Part shown: piece after piece, positions 28,833 through 38,298 of the stretch
Layout: the number at the start of each line of letters is the position of its first letter
Numbering within the stretch: position 1 is the stretch's first letter
IMG/VR virus record: IMGVR_UViG_3300011338_000290
Coordinates: 1 to 53,037 of that record
Length of the DNA: 53,037 nucleotides
Reading direction: 5' to 3' (one strand)
Source: a virus
Lineage: Duplodnaviria; Caudoviricetes
Made by a program: the position numbers and the translations under genes
The notes under the pieces: generated by a model
Databases searched by the model: none
Told to the model about the DNA's origin: nothing
The model's input: only the letters and a program-made list of their open reading frames with translations

Positions 28833-30086
28833 TTATCTGACCGCCATGAACCAAAACTGAACAGGGTCTTCAATAGTTGCTGAATCGTTAAGCATCGTAT
28901 AAAAACGAGCAGAAGTCGTAAATTGATTATATGTGCCTGAATTGTTTAAACACATCAATACAGGTCGTTGTGTTGCACTATTTCTGCGACCCATTCCTAA
29001 CATAGTGTAATTTGCATCAGGGAATGTAAACGAATAATTGACTGTGTAATCACCAGTTCCGTTTCTAGTTACAGAAGAAACCCCACCTGAAGCATTAATA
29101 GTTCCACTAGCACCAGCAAAATTTACCCATGCACGACATCCGTATGCAGTAGCTACTGAGCCGTAACCTGAGTTGAATTGAAGAAGTCCAGCAGAGGTAA
29201 TACGAGCTTGCTCTGTGTTATTTGTTCCAAACACTAAGCCATTGTTATCTCGGTTATACATATAAGCAAGACCATCAGTAGCTTGAGCAAAATCAACACC
29301 AGTTGAAGAACCACTGCTTACACGAACACTTGTAAATCCAGCATTTTTTACTTGCAGTCCACCACCAGCCGCAAATGTAGGACTACTAGTACCAATACCT
29401 ACATTACCACTAGAGTCGATACGCATTGCCTCTGCACCGCCCTCAGAGAACGCTATTGTGTCCGCAGCGGGGAAAAAGATACCTGTGTTGGTATCGCCGT
29501 TGTTTGTAATTGAGGGGGTAGATGCAGAACCGTCGGCGAAGTTAATCGTTACGTCATTAGCGATGTTTGCGCTTGAGACTGCGCCTGCTGTGTTTGGTAT
29601 GGCATTTAATACGCTGGACACCAAGAAAGACTCAACCGTTAATAAGTTACCCGCAGATGCGCCTGTGGCTAGGACTACTGTAGTGCCGTTTGTTGCTGTG
29701 TAGTCGGCTGAACCCAGCAGTACGCCATTGAGATAGACGTTAATAAATCCTACGGTGTAGCTTGGCGGTGTAAATGTAGTCTGGCTAGCAGTTGCTGTGA
29801 ACTCGGTAACGGTTCTGTATGCTGTGGTTGTTACGCCTGTTACTGGGATACCAAGATAACGGCATGAGATGTTACCTGTACCGCTCGGAGGCGCAGCTGA
29901 GAATGTAATCGTGTTACCAACAACACCATATGTGCTTGGGTCTTGAAGAACGCCAGATACCGCTACAAGAACGTTAGTAACCCCAGCAGGAGCCACCGAC
30001 ATTGTAAATGCCGTAGTAGAGCCGTTACCAGAAAATTGGTCGGTAACAAAAGCCGATTGGTATATGGGGTTTCCTATAATTGCCAA
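28833..30086 (-). CDS. Tail fibre protein
   Basis: TTG start with GGAG RBS; GNGSTTAFT, MRIDSSGNVGIGT, CRAWVNF...RNGTGDYTV modules. Confidence 0.8.
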   Translation of the reverse strand: MAIIGNPIYQSAFVTDQFSGNGSTTAFTMSVAPAGVTNVLVAVSGVLQDPSTYGVVGNTITFSAAPPSGTGNISCRYLGIPVTGVTTTAYRTVTEFTATASQTTFTPPSYTVGFINVYLNGVLLGSADYTATNGTTVVLATGASAGNLLTVESFLVSSVLNAIPNTAGAVSSANIANDVTINFADGSASTPSITNNGDTNTGIFFPAADTIAFSEGGAEAMRIDSSGNVGIGTSSPTFAAGGGLQVKNAGFTSVRVSSGSSTGVDFAQATDGLAYMYNRDNNGLVFGTNNTEQARITSAGLLQFNSGYGSVATAYGCRAWVNFAGASGTINASGGVSSVTRNGTGDYTVNYSFTFPDANYTMLGMGRRNSATQRPVLMCLNNSGTYNQFTTSARFYTMLNDSATIEDPVQFWFMAVR

Positions 30087-30523
30087 AATAAACTCCGATA
30101 CGCTTTAGTTTTGCGGAAGTTTTTGCAAGTTATGCACATACGAGTCTTTCTATCCGTATTAGGGTTGAGCTTCCAATAAGTATTCTTTTCAGTAAACTCA
30201 TGCCCGTGTTTACAATACGTAACCAGTCGTTGTGGGTTCAATACCCCCCGCAATCCACGCTGAACATTTATCTTATGCGTAACTGCTTCTAAATGCTCTG
30301 GGTTAACGCATGCTGGGTTTCTACATAAATGGTCTAAGTGCATATTATCTGGTATTTGACCCTTAAATGCCACATATGCTAGGCGATGCGCATACATAGA
30401 TTTGCCTTGATATGGTGTTCTACCATAGCCAGCCGTAGTTAGCTTGCGATTCCATACCCAGCAACCATTATCTGCTGGTGTAGAGCAAGACTTTATGCGG
30501 TCAGGTAAAGATGCGTATGGCAT
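30074..30523 (-). CDS. Free-standing HNH homing endonuclease
   Basis: GCWVW, YAHRLAY, LDHLCRNPACVNPEHLE, CKHGHEF; inserted among tail genes. Confidence 0.9.
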   Translation of the reverse strand: MPYASLPDRIKSCSTPADNGCWVWNRKLTTAGYGRTPYQGKSMYAHRLAYVAFKGQIPDNMHLDHLCRNPACVNPEHLEAVTHKINVQRGLRGVLNPQRLVTYCKHGHEFTEKNTYWKLNPNTDRKTRMCITCKNFRKTKAYRSLFWQL

Positions 30524-30526
30524 TAT

Positions 30527-31294
30527 TCAAAAGAAAGCTGTCACAATAATTACACCGGAACCGCCGTTTCCACCAGTTAACCCACCAAAAGATCCACCAG
30601 CGCCACCAGCACCTACAGCATAAGAGTATGTAGCGGCTGGAGACGTTATATAAAACTCACAGTAGCCGCCAGCACCACCACCGCCAGCACCATAAGGTTG
30701 TCCTGAGTTTGATCCGCCGCCAGCACCGCCACCACCGCCCGTATTAGGTTTACCCGACTGTCCACTAACATTGTTTGAACCACCTTGCCCACGGCCCTCG
30801 CCACCAAAAGCAGACGCACCACCATTTCCACCCCAAGCCCCTGTGTTGGGAACTGCGTTAGGGCCCCCATCGCCGCCTTGTAAGGCTAAACCTACAGCCC
30901 CCGAAGGGAGAGCAGCAGTTCCACCCTTACCACCATTATCATTTACTATTCCACCACCACCACCACCAGCAAGACCGCCAGAGCCAAATGTAGTGTTCCC
31001 GCCGCCAGCACCATTACCTGCGGAAGAGTTAGCGGCGGTTCCACCGCCACCGCCACCACCAACCATTTTTACATATAAATAACGGCAGTTACTAGGTGTT
31101 GTATACGTCCCAGAGCCAGATGTATAAATAGTTATTTGAGGCGCACTTCCAGTAATTATTGGAGATGTAATAGTAGGCGAAGTAATAGTAGGTGAAGTAA
31201 TAGTAGGTGAAGACTGTGTGCCACCATTAATTACTGGGCTAGTCAGCGTAAGCGGAGCGTCTAAACCTTTTTGATTTACTGTGGAGATGGGCAT
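30527..31294 (-). CDS. Glycine-rich tail/adhesin protein
   Basis: Multiple poly-Gly tracts, GGSGVIIV end. Confidence 0.75.
   Translation of the reverse strand: MPISTVNQKGLDAPLTLTSPVINGGTQSSPTITSPTITSPTITSPIITGSAPQITIYTSGSGTYTTPSNCRYLYVKMVGGGGGGGTAANSSAGNGAGGGNTTFGSGGLAGGGGGGIVNDNGGKGGTAALPSGAVGLALQGGDGGPNAVPNTGAWGGNGGASAFGGEGRGQGGSNNVSGQSGKPNTGGGGGAGGGSNSGQPYGAGGGGAGGYCEFYITSPAATYSYAVGAGGAGGSFGGLTGGNGGSGVIIVTAFF
31167..31211. repeat. 15-bp tandem repeat x3 encoding SPTIT
   Basis: GTAATAGTAGGYGAA x3. Confidence 0.9.
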
Positions 31295-32622
31295 TATGCG
31301 ACTCCTTTTAATGCTTGAACTTCTGCTTTAGTTGCGTCTAGTTCTGCTTTAAGTTCTTGGATTGCAGCGGTTAGTGTAGCCACAAGGAAAGAGGTGTCAA
31401 TGCCTTGATATTTAGGTCTTGTTTGCTCGTTGCCTTCTTCGTCAATATATGTTTCAACAGCATCCTTTTCACCAGTTACGCAATCAGGCACTACTGCTTG
31501 TAGTTCGTGAGCAATAAAGCCTTGACCATTAGAGCCATCTACTTTCCATGTATAAGTTACAGGTTTAAGTTGTGCGACTTTAGCCAAAGCACCTGTCATT
31601 GGTGCAATGTTTTCTTTAAGTCGATAGTCGGATGAAGTAACATAAGCAGTAGCACTAAGTGTATTTGTAATGCTACCTACTTGACTGCCGTTTCTATAAA
31701 ACAGAACATAATTTTCTGTTGCGGAAGTTGAACGCAATTCATTAAAAAGCATTGGTTCAATACCAGCACTACCATTGGCAGTTAAAACAAGTCTTTGTGT
31801 ACCACTAGGGCTTGAAGTTCCACCGATAAAAAGAGTGCCAGCAGAGTTAATACGCATACGCTCTGTAGCAAGGGTAGAAAAACCAAGCATATCGTTATTA
31901 GGTCTAAATAAGCCAGTACCATATGCAGTTGTATCGCCTGTAATAGCTATTGCTTGGTTTGTTCCGCTACCATTTACTCTTCCTCTAACAATTAAATAGC
32001 TATTGTCGCCACCTGTAGAGCTTTGCCTACCGACATACACAGTTTTATTTGCAGTATCTACAACTAAATCACCAGCAGTAACTCCAGCAGAGCTTGAAGA
32101 AACATCTAGCTTTCCAGTAGGACTAGCCGTACCAATCCCAACATTACCACTAGAGTCAATACGCATACGCTCTGTTCTAGAAGCAGTGCCACCGTTATAT
32201 AGTGCTATTCCTTCTGCAGTGCCTACAGTGACCCGACCTAAACCTGTAACGTAGTCAACAATTACCCCATCAACAAATGAGTTACCAAAGTCACCTTCGG
32301 CTAAGTAACCACCAGTAGCCCTGATGTCACCAATAACGGTTGGGTCTTGGGAGATGGCTTGGTAAGTTGTAATCAGACTTGTGTACTCAACCCAGATGTT
32401 GTTTGTGCCAGATAGCGGAGCGCTAGAGAATGTAATTGCATTACCAGCTACAGTAAAAGACGAGCTAGGGTTTTGGATGACGTTATCTATTGCAACAATC
32501 ACCTGCGCTACAGAAGCAATAGGGCGAGATAAAGTAAACGTTACAGTAACGCCATCACCATTGAAGTAATCAATAGCTGGAGTAAAGCCTTGGTTCTCTA
32601 CTGTATTACCGATGTATGCCAT
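31294..32622 (-). CDS. Tail fibre/spike with C-terminal intramolecular chaperone (peptidase S74)
   Basis: TSSDYRLKENI, GFIAHELQ, coiled-coil end. Confidence 0.88.
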   Translation of the reverse strand: MAYIGNTVENQGFTPAIDYFNGDGVTVTFTLSRPIASVAQVIVAIDNVIQNPSSSFTVAGNAITFSSAPLSGTNNIWVEYTSLITTYQAISQDPTVIGDIRATGGYLAEGDFGNSFVDGVIVDYVTGLGRVTVGTAEGIALYNGGTASRTERMRIDSSGNVGIGTASPTGKLDVSSSSAGVTAGDLVVDTANKTVYVGRQSSTGGDNSYLIVRGRVNGSGTNQAIAITGDTTAYGTGLFRPNNDMLGFSTLATERMRINSAGTLFIGGTSSPSGTQRLVLTANGSAGIEPMLFNELRSTSATENYVLFYRNGSQVGSITNTLSATAYVTSSDYRLKENIAPMTGALAKVAQLKPVTYTWKVDGSNGQGFIAHELQAVVPDCVTGEKDAVETYIDEEGNEQTRPKYQGIDTSFLVATLTAAIQELKAELDATKAEVQALKGVA

Positions 32623-32623
32623 A

Positions 32624-32950
32624 TTAGGTCGCAGTCAAAGCAGAAACAAACGCATCACAAGAAGTCGCTGTACCAGCAACAACAGTCAACGAATCACTAG
32701 TCTTCATAACCACACGGTTGCCTTGGATCACCTCAAGCGAACCACCAACAGGCACAGTAGCTTGATAGACGAGGTAGTAGTTCACTGAACTACGAGTAAT
32801 GTAGGCACTAACTGTAATTGGGCTTGCCCCTGTATTTGCTAGGATAAGGCTTGATACCGCAACAGTGCCCGAAGCAATTGATGAGATAGCAGTTGAGCCA
32901 GACGTACTAACGTTCTTTACCGCATAGGAATTGTTTGAATAAGTTGGCAT
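32624..32950 (-). CDS. Virion structural protein
   Basis: Beta-rich, Ser/Thr-rich, within tail block. Confidence 0.6.
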   Translation of the reverse strand: MPTYSNNSYAVKNVSTSGSTAISSIASGTVAVSSLILANTGASPITVSAYITRSSVNYYLVYQATVPVGGSLEVIQGNRVVMKTSDSLTVVAGTATSCDAFVSALTAT

Positions 32951-32951
32951 A

Positions 32952-33533
32952 TTAACCCATCATAAAAGATAAAAAGTACGCATCGTCAGGAGTGGCGGCT
33001 GTGTTGGCTGCCCATGTTGGGGCTGTGCCATTTGAAGTAAGGATATAACCGTTAGCACCAAGCGTTAATTTGTCCAAAGAAGTTGTGGTGTTTGCAAAGA
33101 GCATATCGCCCACTGCATAACTAGAAATACCAGTACCGCCGTAAACCGCACCAATCGTAGTGGCGTTCCAAGTTCCTGAACTAATTGTGCCCAGTGCAGA
33201 TACATTATTAGACGCATCAAGGTTTACAGACTGCTCAGACGGATAGGTAACAAAGACTGTCTGGACACCAGTAGAAAAGTTAATTAGCGCAGTAGTGCCT
33301 AGGCTATTGGATAAAACAGTAGTACGAGCAAGAGTCGGTCCAGTAGTTGAGTACGTACCAATTCCGACTTCCCAGTTGTTACCGCCTTGGTCAGCAATCG
33401 TGTAGAACGTAGTATTCCCGTTGCCAATAACGGCAAACGATTGGAAACCTAGAGCCGCCCCTAGTAAGGTAACAGCACCAGTACCTGGAGCAGCGGCTGT
33501 TTCTTGGACACGATCTGCTAAAACCAGAGCCAT
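32952..33533 (-). CDS. Tail structural protein
   Basis: MALVLADRVQET...WEVGIGTY...VFVTYP pattern. Confidence 0.65.
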   Translation of the reverse strand: MALVLADRVQETAAAPGTGAVTLLGAALGFQSFAVIGNGNTTFYTIADQGGNNWEVGIGTYSTTGPTLARTTVLSNSLGTTALINFSTGVQTVFVTYPSEQSVNLDASNNVSALGTISSGTWNATTIGAVYGGTGISSYAVGDMLFANTTTSLDKLTLGANGYILTSNGTAPTWAANTAATPDDAYFLSFMMG

Positions 33534-33543
33534 TTATAGCTCC

Positions 33544-34137
33544 TTAGCCAGCGGCAGATAGGGTGTACGTAACGTTGATGGTATCGCCAGAAGTAACTGT
33601 TTTAGAACCAGCCGTAAACGCACCGATACTAAATAGTGTGCCTGTGGTGTTATCAATCGCTGTAGATCCACCCACGTTAATGAACGCACCGTAAACAGTA
33701 CCCGAACTAGTCATGCTAAACACGACAGCGGCACTTGTTGCCAAAACGGAAGGGTTTGCGGTTGTAGCTGCTGAAAAACTTGGGGTCTTGCGTGTACCAG
33801 AGTACGTAGGGGCATTTGCACCGCCAACTTCAAACCAACCAGCATGGCTAGCTTGAGTATCTGCATAAGCAGGAGTAAACGTAGCTGAACCATTAGCGCC
33901 TCCTAAGCCCATAACAATAGCGCCACCGCCTGTATTGCCAAAGTAAGAGTCCATTAAGTTCTTACGACCTACGTTGGTGGTAAGGTTTTCAATAGTGTCA
34001 GACCACTTTTCAACGCCGTTAGCGTCATAGCATGTAGCTACATATACGCCTTCTAAGCCTACAGTCTCAACAGCCCCACCACCAAAACAAGCGGTTGCCG
34101 CAGTAATGTCGCCAAATTTTGTTATTTCGGAACTCAT
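33544..34137 (-). CDS. Virion structural protein
   Basis: ENLTTNVG...SGDTINVTY pattern. Confidence 0.6.
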   Translation of the reverse strand: MSSEITKFGDITAATACFGGGAVETVGLEGVYVATCYDANGVEKWSDTIENLTTNVGRKNLMDSYFGNTGGGAIVMGLGGANGSATFTPAYADTQASHAGWFEVGGANAPTYSGTRKTPSFSAATTANPSVLATSAAVVFSMTSSGTVYGAFINVGGSTAIDNTTGTLFSIGAFTAGSKTVTSGDTINVTYTLSAAG

Positions 34138-34146
34138 AAATACTCC

Positions 34147-34569
34147 TTATGTAAATCTAATAATGGCGTTTGTTGCGTCCGCCGTTGGGAAAGTTACAGT
34201 AAACGTATTAGTAGCTGTTTTATCTGAACCAAAATCTAACACCGCAACTGCCGCATTTGTAGTGCTATTGTAGATCAAGGCACCTCTAGCAGTAAAGCTA
34301 GCGGGGTTCCAAGTAGTGTTCTGAAACGATATATACGCTACCTGATCTGTAGTCGCAGGAACAATAGGAGTTAGGGTATTACCCCCAGCCGTATAGCCTG
34401 TACCCGTTATTTCATTGGTTGTTGTGTAAATTAGGGTTTCGTAGGATAAATTAGCAAGTGCCGTATACAGGGCTATCTTATATACGTACGAAGTGCCAGC
34501 AGCAAAGTTCTCCAACCCGCTTAAGCAGTTCTTTTTAAATACCGTACATTGACCTTGTTGAATAGGCAT
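34147..34569 (-). CDS. Virion structural protein
   Basis: KIALYT...GYTAGG...TARGALIYN...VLDFGSDKT pattern. Confidence 0.65.
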   Translation of the reverse strand: MPIQQGQCTVFKKNCLSGLENFAAGTSYVYKIALYTALANLSYETLIYTTTNEITGTGYTAGGNTLTPIVPATTDQVAYISFQNTTWNPASFTARGALIYNSTTNAAVAVLDFGSDKTATNTFTVTFPTADATNAIIRFT

Positions 34570-35483
34570 TATGGGTTAACCTTAATCTTTGCTTGCCCAT
34601 CCCTGTAGGCATCACCACGCTCAAGACCTGTACCAAGACGGTTGAGCTGCGACATGGCATCTTGAAATTGCTTTTCGTAATAAGCGACCATATCCTGCTC
34701 ACCTTTTTGGAACAGAATAGCTTCACGTAATGAGCCATATAGCAAGCAGGGGTCGTAGTTATCGCCAAGCCAGCTTGTACCAAGGGTGTTATCAACCGCC
34801 GTAACAGTAAAAGCAAAGCCAGAGCCAGTACCCCCAAGGTTCGTTGTAGAGGCTGAAACAACGTCACCAACCACATAAAAGTTACCAAGATTGTTAAAGC
34901 GGACGTTCGTAACTACGTTGCCAGATACCGTAATATTAGCCGTTGCGCCCGCTCCAGAACCGCCTGTAATAGGCACGTTACTGTACAAGTTGTTGATATA
35001 GCCAGATCCTGCCGTGATAGTTCCCGCAGAAATAGCCCCCTGCACAATTGATGTAGGGTAGTAATAGTAGTGAAGCTCAACGTTATAACTAGAGTCTGGG
35101 GTAGGTCCTAGAATAAAAGACAGTTCGTTAGTGTTCGTGTACTGAGACCCAAACAAAGCATAGTACTTAGGCAACCCTGTATCTGTAGGCTGTGGGTACG
35201 ATTCACGAATAAAGTTAACATCTTTGTTAAGCAAATAGTCATAGCTTCCGTCGGCTTTAATCACTGCCATTGAAAAACTAGACAGGTAGTCATTTGGGCA
35301 ACTTAAGTACTTATTACTAGCCGTAAGCGTACCTGTCACGTTTTTACGTAACGACGGTATTTGAACTGTGTTGTATATCCGCTCTTCTGCTTGACGGACA
35401 AAAGTAGATATATTCTCTACGAACAGTTGTTCGCTAGACTCCGCATAGTCCTGAACGGCTTGATATAGCTGAACGTAATTCAC
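34569..35483 (-). CDS. Head-tail adaptor with inserted Gly/Thr-rich domain
   Basis: FVRQAEERIY, PKYYA, LGPTPD, LLYGSL.EA core. Confidence 0.65.
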   Translation of the reverse strand: MNYVQLYQAVQDYAESSEQLFVENISTFVRQAEERIYNTVQIPSLRKNVTGTLTASNKYLSCPNDYLSSFSMAVIKADGSYDYLLNKDVNFIRESYPQPTDTGLPKYYALFGSQYTNTNELSFILGPTPDSSYNVELHYYYYPTSIVQGAISAGTITAGSGYINNLYSNVPITGGSGAGATANITVSGNVVTNVRFNNLGNFYVVGDVVSASTTNLGGTGSGFAFTVTAVDNTLGTSWLGDNYDPCLLYGSLREAILFQKGEQDMVAYYEKQFQDAMSQLNRLGTGLERGDAYRDGQAKIKVNP

Positions 35484-35752
35484 TAGCCCATCTTCCCACT
35501 AGACATTCTGCCTTTAGTTGCAGCACCAGCACCACGCATCTCAATCTTGCCGTACTGATCTACAGGCTTGCCATTACCTTTACTAATCCCGTCAACTGAG
35601 ATATTCATAGTCGCCATTTCTTGTGCGCCAGTCATACCTTTAGAAGTTAACCCCTTAGCAGAGATTGTTTTGCCCTTCATGGTATGGGGAGGAGCATAGA
35701 CTTTAGCCTCTCCAACTTCTTTACCCATTACTTTTTTAGAATAATTAGCCAT
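35483..35752 (-). CDS. Small basic protein
   Basis: Lys/Gly/Met-rich; RGAGAATKG motif. Confidence 0.65.
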   Translation of the reverse strand: MANYSKKVMGKEVGEAKVYAPPHTMKGKTISAKGLTSKGMTGAQEMATMNISVDGISKGNGKPVDQYGKIEMRGAGAATKGRMSSGKMG

Positions 35753-35955
35753 TATCGACCTCTTCCAGCGGTTTTCCGCATACCTTGATTAGCAACACGG
35801 GCTAAGTTACGGCCCATTTTTTTCATAGCCATAGAGCTAACGCCATGTTTAGCGGTTTTAGCCTTCATACCTAGAACTTTAGGACCATCATTACCTAGAT
35901 TTGTACCTTCGGTCTTGCCTTTTTTAGCAATCCCATCTGCGTCTTTCTTAAACAT
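35752..35955 (-). CDS. Small basic protein
   Basis: ADGIAKKGKT and MGRNLARVANQ motifs. Confidence 0.65.
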   Translation of the reverse strand: MFKKDADGIAKKGKTEGTNLGNDGPKVLGMKAKTAKHGVSSMAMKKMGRNLARVANQGMRKTAGRGR

Positions 35956-35965
35956 TTTTAACTCC

Positions 35966-36394
35966 TTAAGTTGTCGTTACCGTTACATTACCTACTTGCC
36001 CTTGTGAAATCAAGTAATTTGGTGTTAAACCATCATCATCTGCTCTTGACCCCCCAACAGGGTTCCAACTCCACTGAAATACTCTACTACCGCCTTCTGG
36101 ATACCCAACACCCTGTAAGGTGGGAGCATTTGTTTCATTAATCTGTAAACCGCTATTGCCAGACTGCAAATAACTAACATCAGGTCTTGGCTCTCGTACC
36201 GCTTGTGGATCATTTACTGGATACAAACCTAACGACAACTGAGGCTGATCTGGATCCCAACAGCTAGGGCAAACCTTAATGTTCTTTATTTGTTGTTTAA
36301 TAACTAGCTTTCTAAGCTCCTTTAACTTGTACCGCTGACCGCATCGGTCGCATTCGGCAATTGCAAATTTGCCACTACTAAATTTATTAGGCAT
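35966..36394 (-). CDS. Conserved late protein with CxxC pairs
   Basis: ECDRCG...VCPSCWD..QPQL...PRPD. Confidence 0.7.
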   Translation of the reverse strand: MPNKFSSGKFAIAECDRCGQRYKLKELRKLVIKQQIKNIKVCPSCWDPDQPQLSLGLYPVNDPQAVREPRPDVSYLQSGNSGLQINETNAPTLQGVGYPEGGSRVFQWSWNPVGGSRADDDGLTPNYLISQGQVGNVTVTTT

Positions 36395-37323
36395 TATGAA
36401 TAGAACGTATTACGAGGAACAAAACGAATAGCGGCCTTCTCCCTATCTTCGTCCGCAGCCAATTGAAACTGTTGTTCGTACTCTGTTTTAAGCATAGGGA
36501 TCCGTCCAGGATCAACGCCAGGCAGCTTACTGCTTAAGTAATATGCCAATCCAGCCACCATACAAGGGATAAAACGGAACGGAATATCCTGTGTGCGCAC
36601 ACCCGTACCGCCGTCTTGAATACGACGCATACGGTAATAAACTAAAGTAAATTGGTTGCCTGGTGGGTTAGGGGTAGGCCAAACATTAATAGAAGGAAGT
36701 TGATTGTTAAACACACTTGCCGCTGTTGAATGAGACGCAGCTGTGGTGCCGTTCTGACCACGCCAAGCGTTAAGTATTTGATTTCCAACAATATTTTGAT
36801 AACCAATGGTCTCGTTGTCAATATTGATAAAACCTTGAGTTGGAAGATTAGCAGCATTCGCTAGGGTAATTGTGGTGTCAGAAGCGTTAATCCCACCGTT
36901 TAAAGTTGTTTGGGCAACGGAAGAACTACCCCCACTCTGGCGATTAACCCACATCTGAATAGGACGTCCGTTGGTATTCTTATTTGGGATCGTAATATAA
37001 GTAGACTCACTAATACGGCTTAAATTGATGTCAATTTGATTAGACTGGCTACCGTTATTTGTACGAGTTACAGCATCTAAAATATCAATTGTATCCACAG
37101 GCAAGGCATAAATAGCCTGATTTGTGTTCATAACAATTTGGCCCTGCTCAACCGTCCACAAGTTAATGCCACGGTTTGCCCACTCAATAGTAAGCAAGTT
37201 CAAAGACCGTCGTGCAGTCCTAAAGTCATAGCCAGATCGAACTTCTAAACCACAACGCTCAAACGCCTCCTCAATGAGGTCGTTCATGTCTAGATTAAAA
37301 GCTGTGGTACCTGTAGTAGTCAT
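36394..37323 (-). CDS. Head-tail connector/adaptor with inserted domain
   Basis: IEEAFERCG, ARRSLNLL..EWANRG, VWPTP, PFRFIPCMVAGLAYY. Confidence 0.7.
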   Translation of the reverse strand: MTTTGTTAFNLDMNDLIEEAFERCGLEVRSGYDFRTARRSLNLLTIEWANRGINLWTVEQGQIVMNTNQAIYALPVDTIDILDAVTRTNNGSQSNQIDINLSRISESTYITIPNKNTNGRPIQMWVNRQSGGSSSVAQTTLNGGINASDTTITLANAANLPTQGFINIDNETIGYQNIVGNQILNAWRGQNGTTAASHSTAASVFNNQLPSINVWPTPNPPGNQFTLVYYRMRRIQDGGTGVRTQDIPFRFIPCMVAGLAYYLSSKLPGVDPGRIPMLKTEYEQQFQLAADEDREKAAIRFVPRNTFYS

Positions 37324-37667
37324 ATCTTCCTATACGGTTTTACTTTTGCTTTTACTGTTTTTGGCTGGGGCACGAACTGTTTTCCCTGTGCTTTTCCTTG
37401 CCGTTTTGCCCGTGTTGTTGCTGCGTACTCTTGTGGGCTTAACGCTTGTATTGCTCTTTTTGGCAGGTATCGCTCCCCCGTCTCGGACGACTTCTTCCCT
37501 GACTTGGTTGTCCACTCTTGGTCGCCCCAAGCTTTTAAAGAACGTTGCGATGCGGCTAAACCACCCCCCGCCATCTTCTTCTTTTTGCTGGCGCAATGGG
37601 CTTTCTCCGAGAACCCCTTTGGACTCTCGCAGTTGATCGACTTTTTGCGCTTGTCTGACCATTTCAC
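37320..37667 (-). CDS. Small basic protein (C-half of a DUF5872-like module)
   Basis: SLKAWGDQEWTTKSG...ERYLPK...QFVPQP; family name from recall. Confidence 0.6.
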   Translation of the reverse strand: MKWSDKRKKSINCESPKGFSEKAHCASKKKKMAGGGLAASQRSLKAWGDQEWTTKSGKKSSETGERYLPKRAIQALSPQEYAATTRAKRQGKAQGKQFVPQPKTVKAKVKPYRKI

Positions 37668-37936
37668 TTGTAGCCCCCGCCTTTTTCTTTATAGCGTTTA
37701 GCTAAAAGTTGAGCTTTCCGAGCAGACCATTGACCCGCTGCTGTACCATGCGTAGCCGATGCTTTAATACGATTAAATAAAGCCTTACGCATACCAGGTT
37801 TCGTATAGTTACCAGCTTTGTTAACCGTACCGCCCTCTTTATATTGTGTAAAGTCCGTATCATCTCTGCGAGCTTTTTTCTTACCACCAGGTATTTTAGA
37901 AGGATTAATGGCACCCATGCCACGACTTGGTCTCAT
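37664..37936 (-). CDS. Small basic protein (N-half of a DUF5872-like module)
   Basis: NYTKPGMR...GQWSARKAQLLAKRYKEKGGGY; family name from recall. Confidence 0.6.
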   Translation of the reverse strand: MRPSRGMGAINPSKIPGGKKKARRDDTDFTQYKEGGTVNKAGNYTKPGMRKALFNRIKASATHGTAAGQWSARKAQLLAKRYKEKGGGYK

Positions 37937-38298
37937 GCTCTAGTCCTTCCTCTAATTGCAATACCATCAGCCCGTTTAGAAGCACTAACTTTACCGCCAG
38001 CTTTAAACGGCTTGTCTAAACCCTTCATACCACTAAAATCTCCACCGCCAGGACTGCCAGTAGGCTTAGATAGTCTGCCCATATCTTGCAGTCTTTCAGC
38101 ATAGGTGCGTGGGCTTTCAGCTTTAACTTTTGCCTTGTGCTCTTCTGCCATTTTACTTGCTTCAGCCTTAGCCCGATTCGATTTAGCTTTTTCTAAATCT
38201 GCGTCAAACTGACCAGGACCATGCTTTGGCTTGGCTGGATACTTCTCCTGCCCATCACCGCTAGTCTTTTTAGAAGGATCTACAGGCTCAATTGGCAT
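37933..38298 (-). CDS. Small basic protein
   Basis: Ends FKAGGKVSASKRADGIAIRGRTRA. Confidence 0.65.
   Translation of the reverse strand: MPIEPVDPSKKTSGDGQEKYPAKPKHGPGQFDADLEKAKSNRAKAEASKMAEEHKAKVKAESPRTYAERLQDMGRLSKPTGSPGGGDFSGMKGLDKPFKAGGKVSASKRADGIAIRGRTRA

Noticed and set aside
23511-32622. Diversity-generating retroelement or invertible tail-fibre cassette
   Set aside because: No reverse transcriptase or invertase; the shared fibre segment differs at synonymous positions, not adenine-specifically
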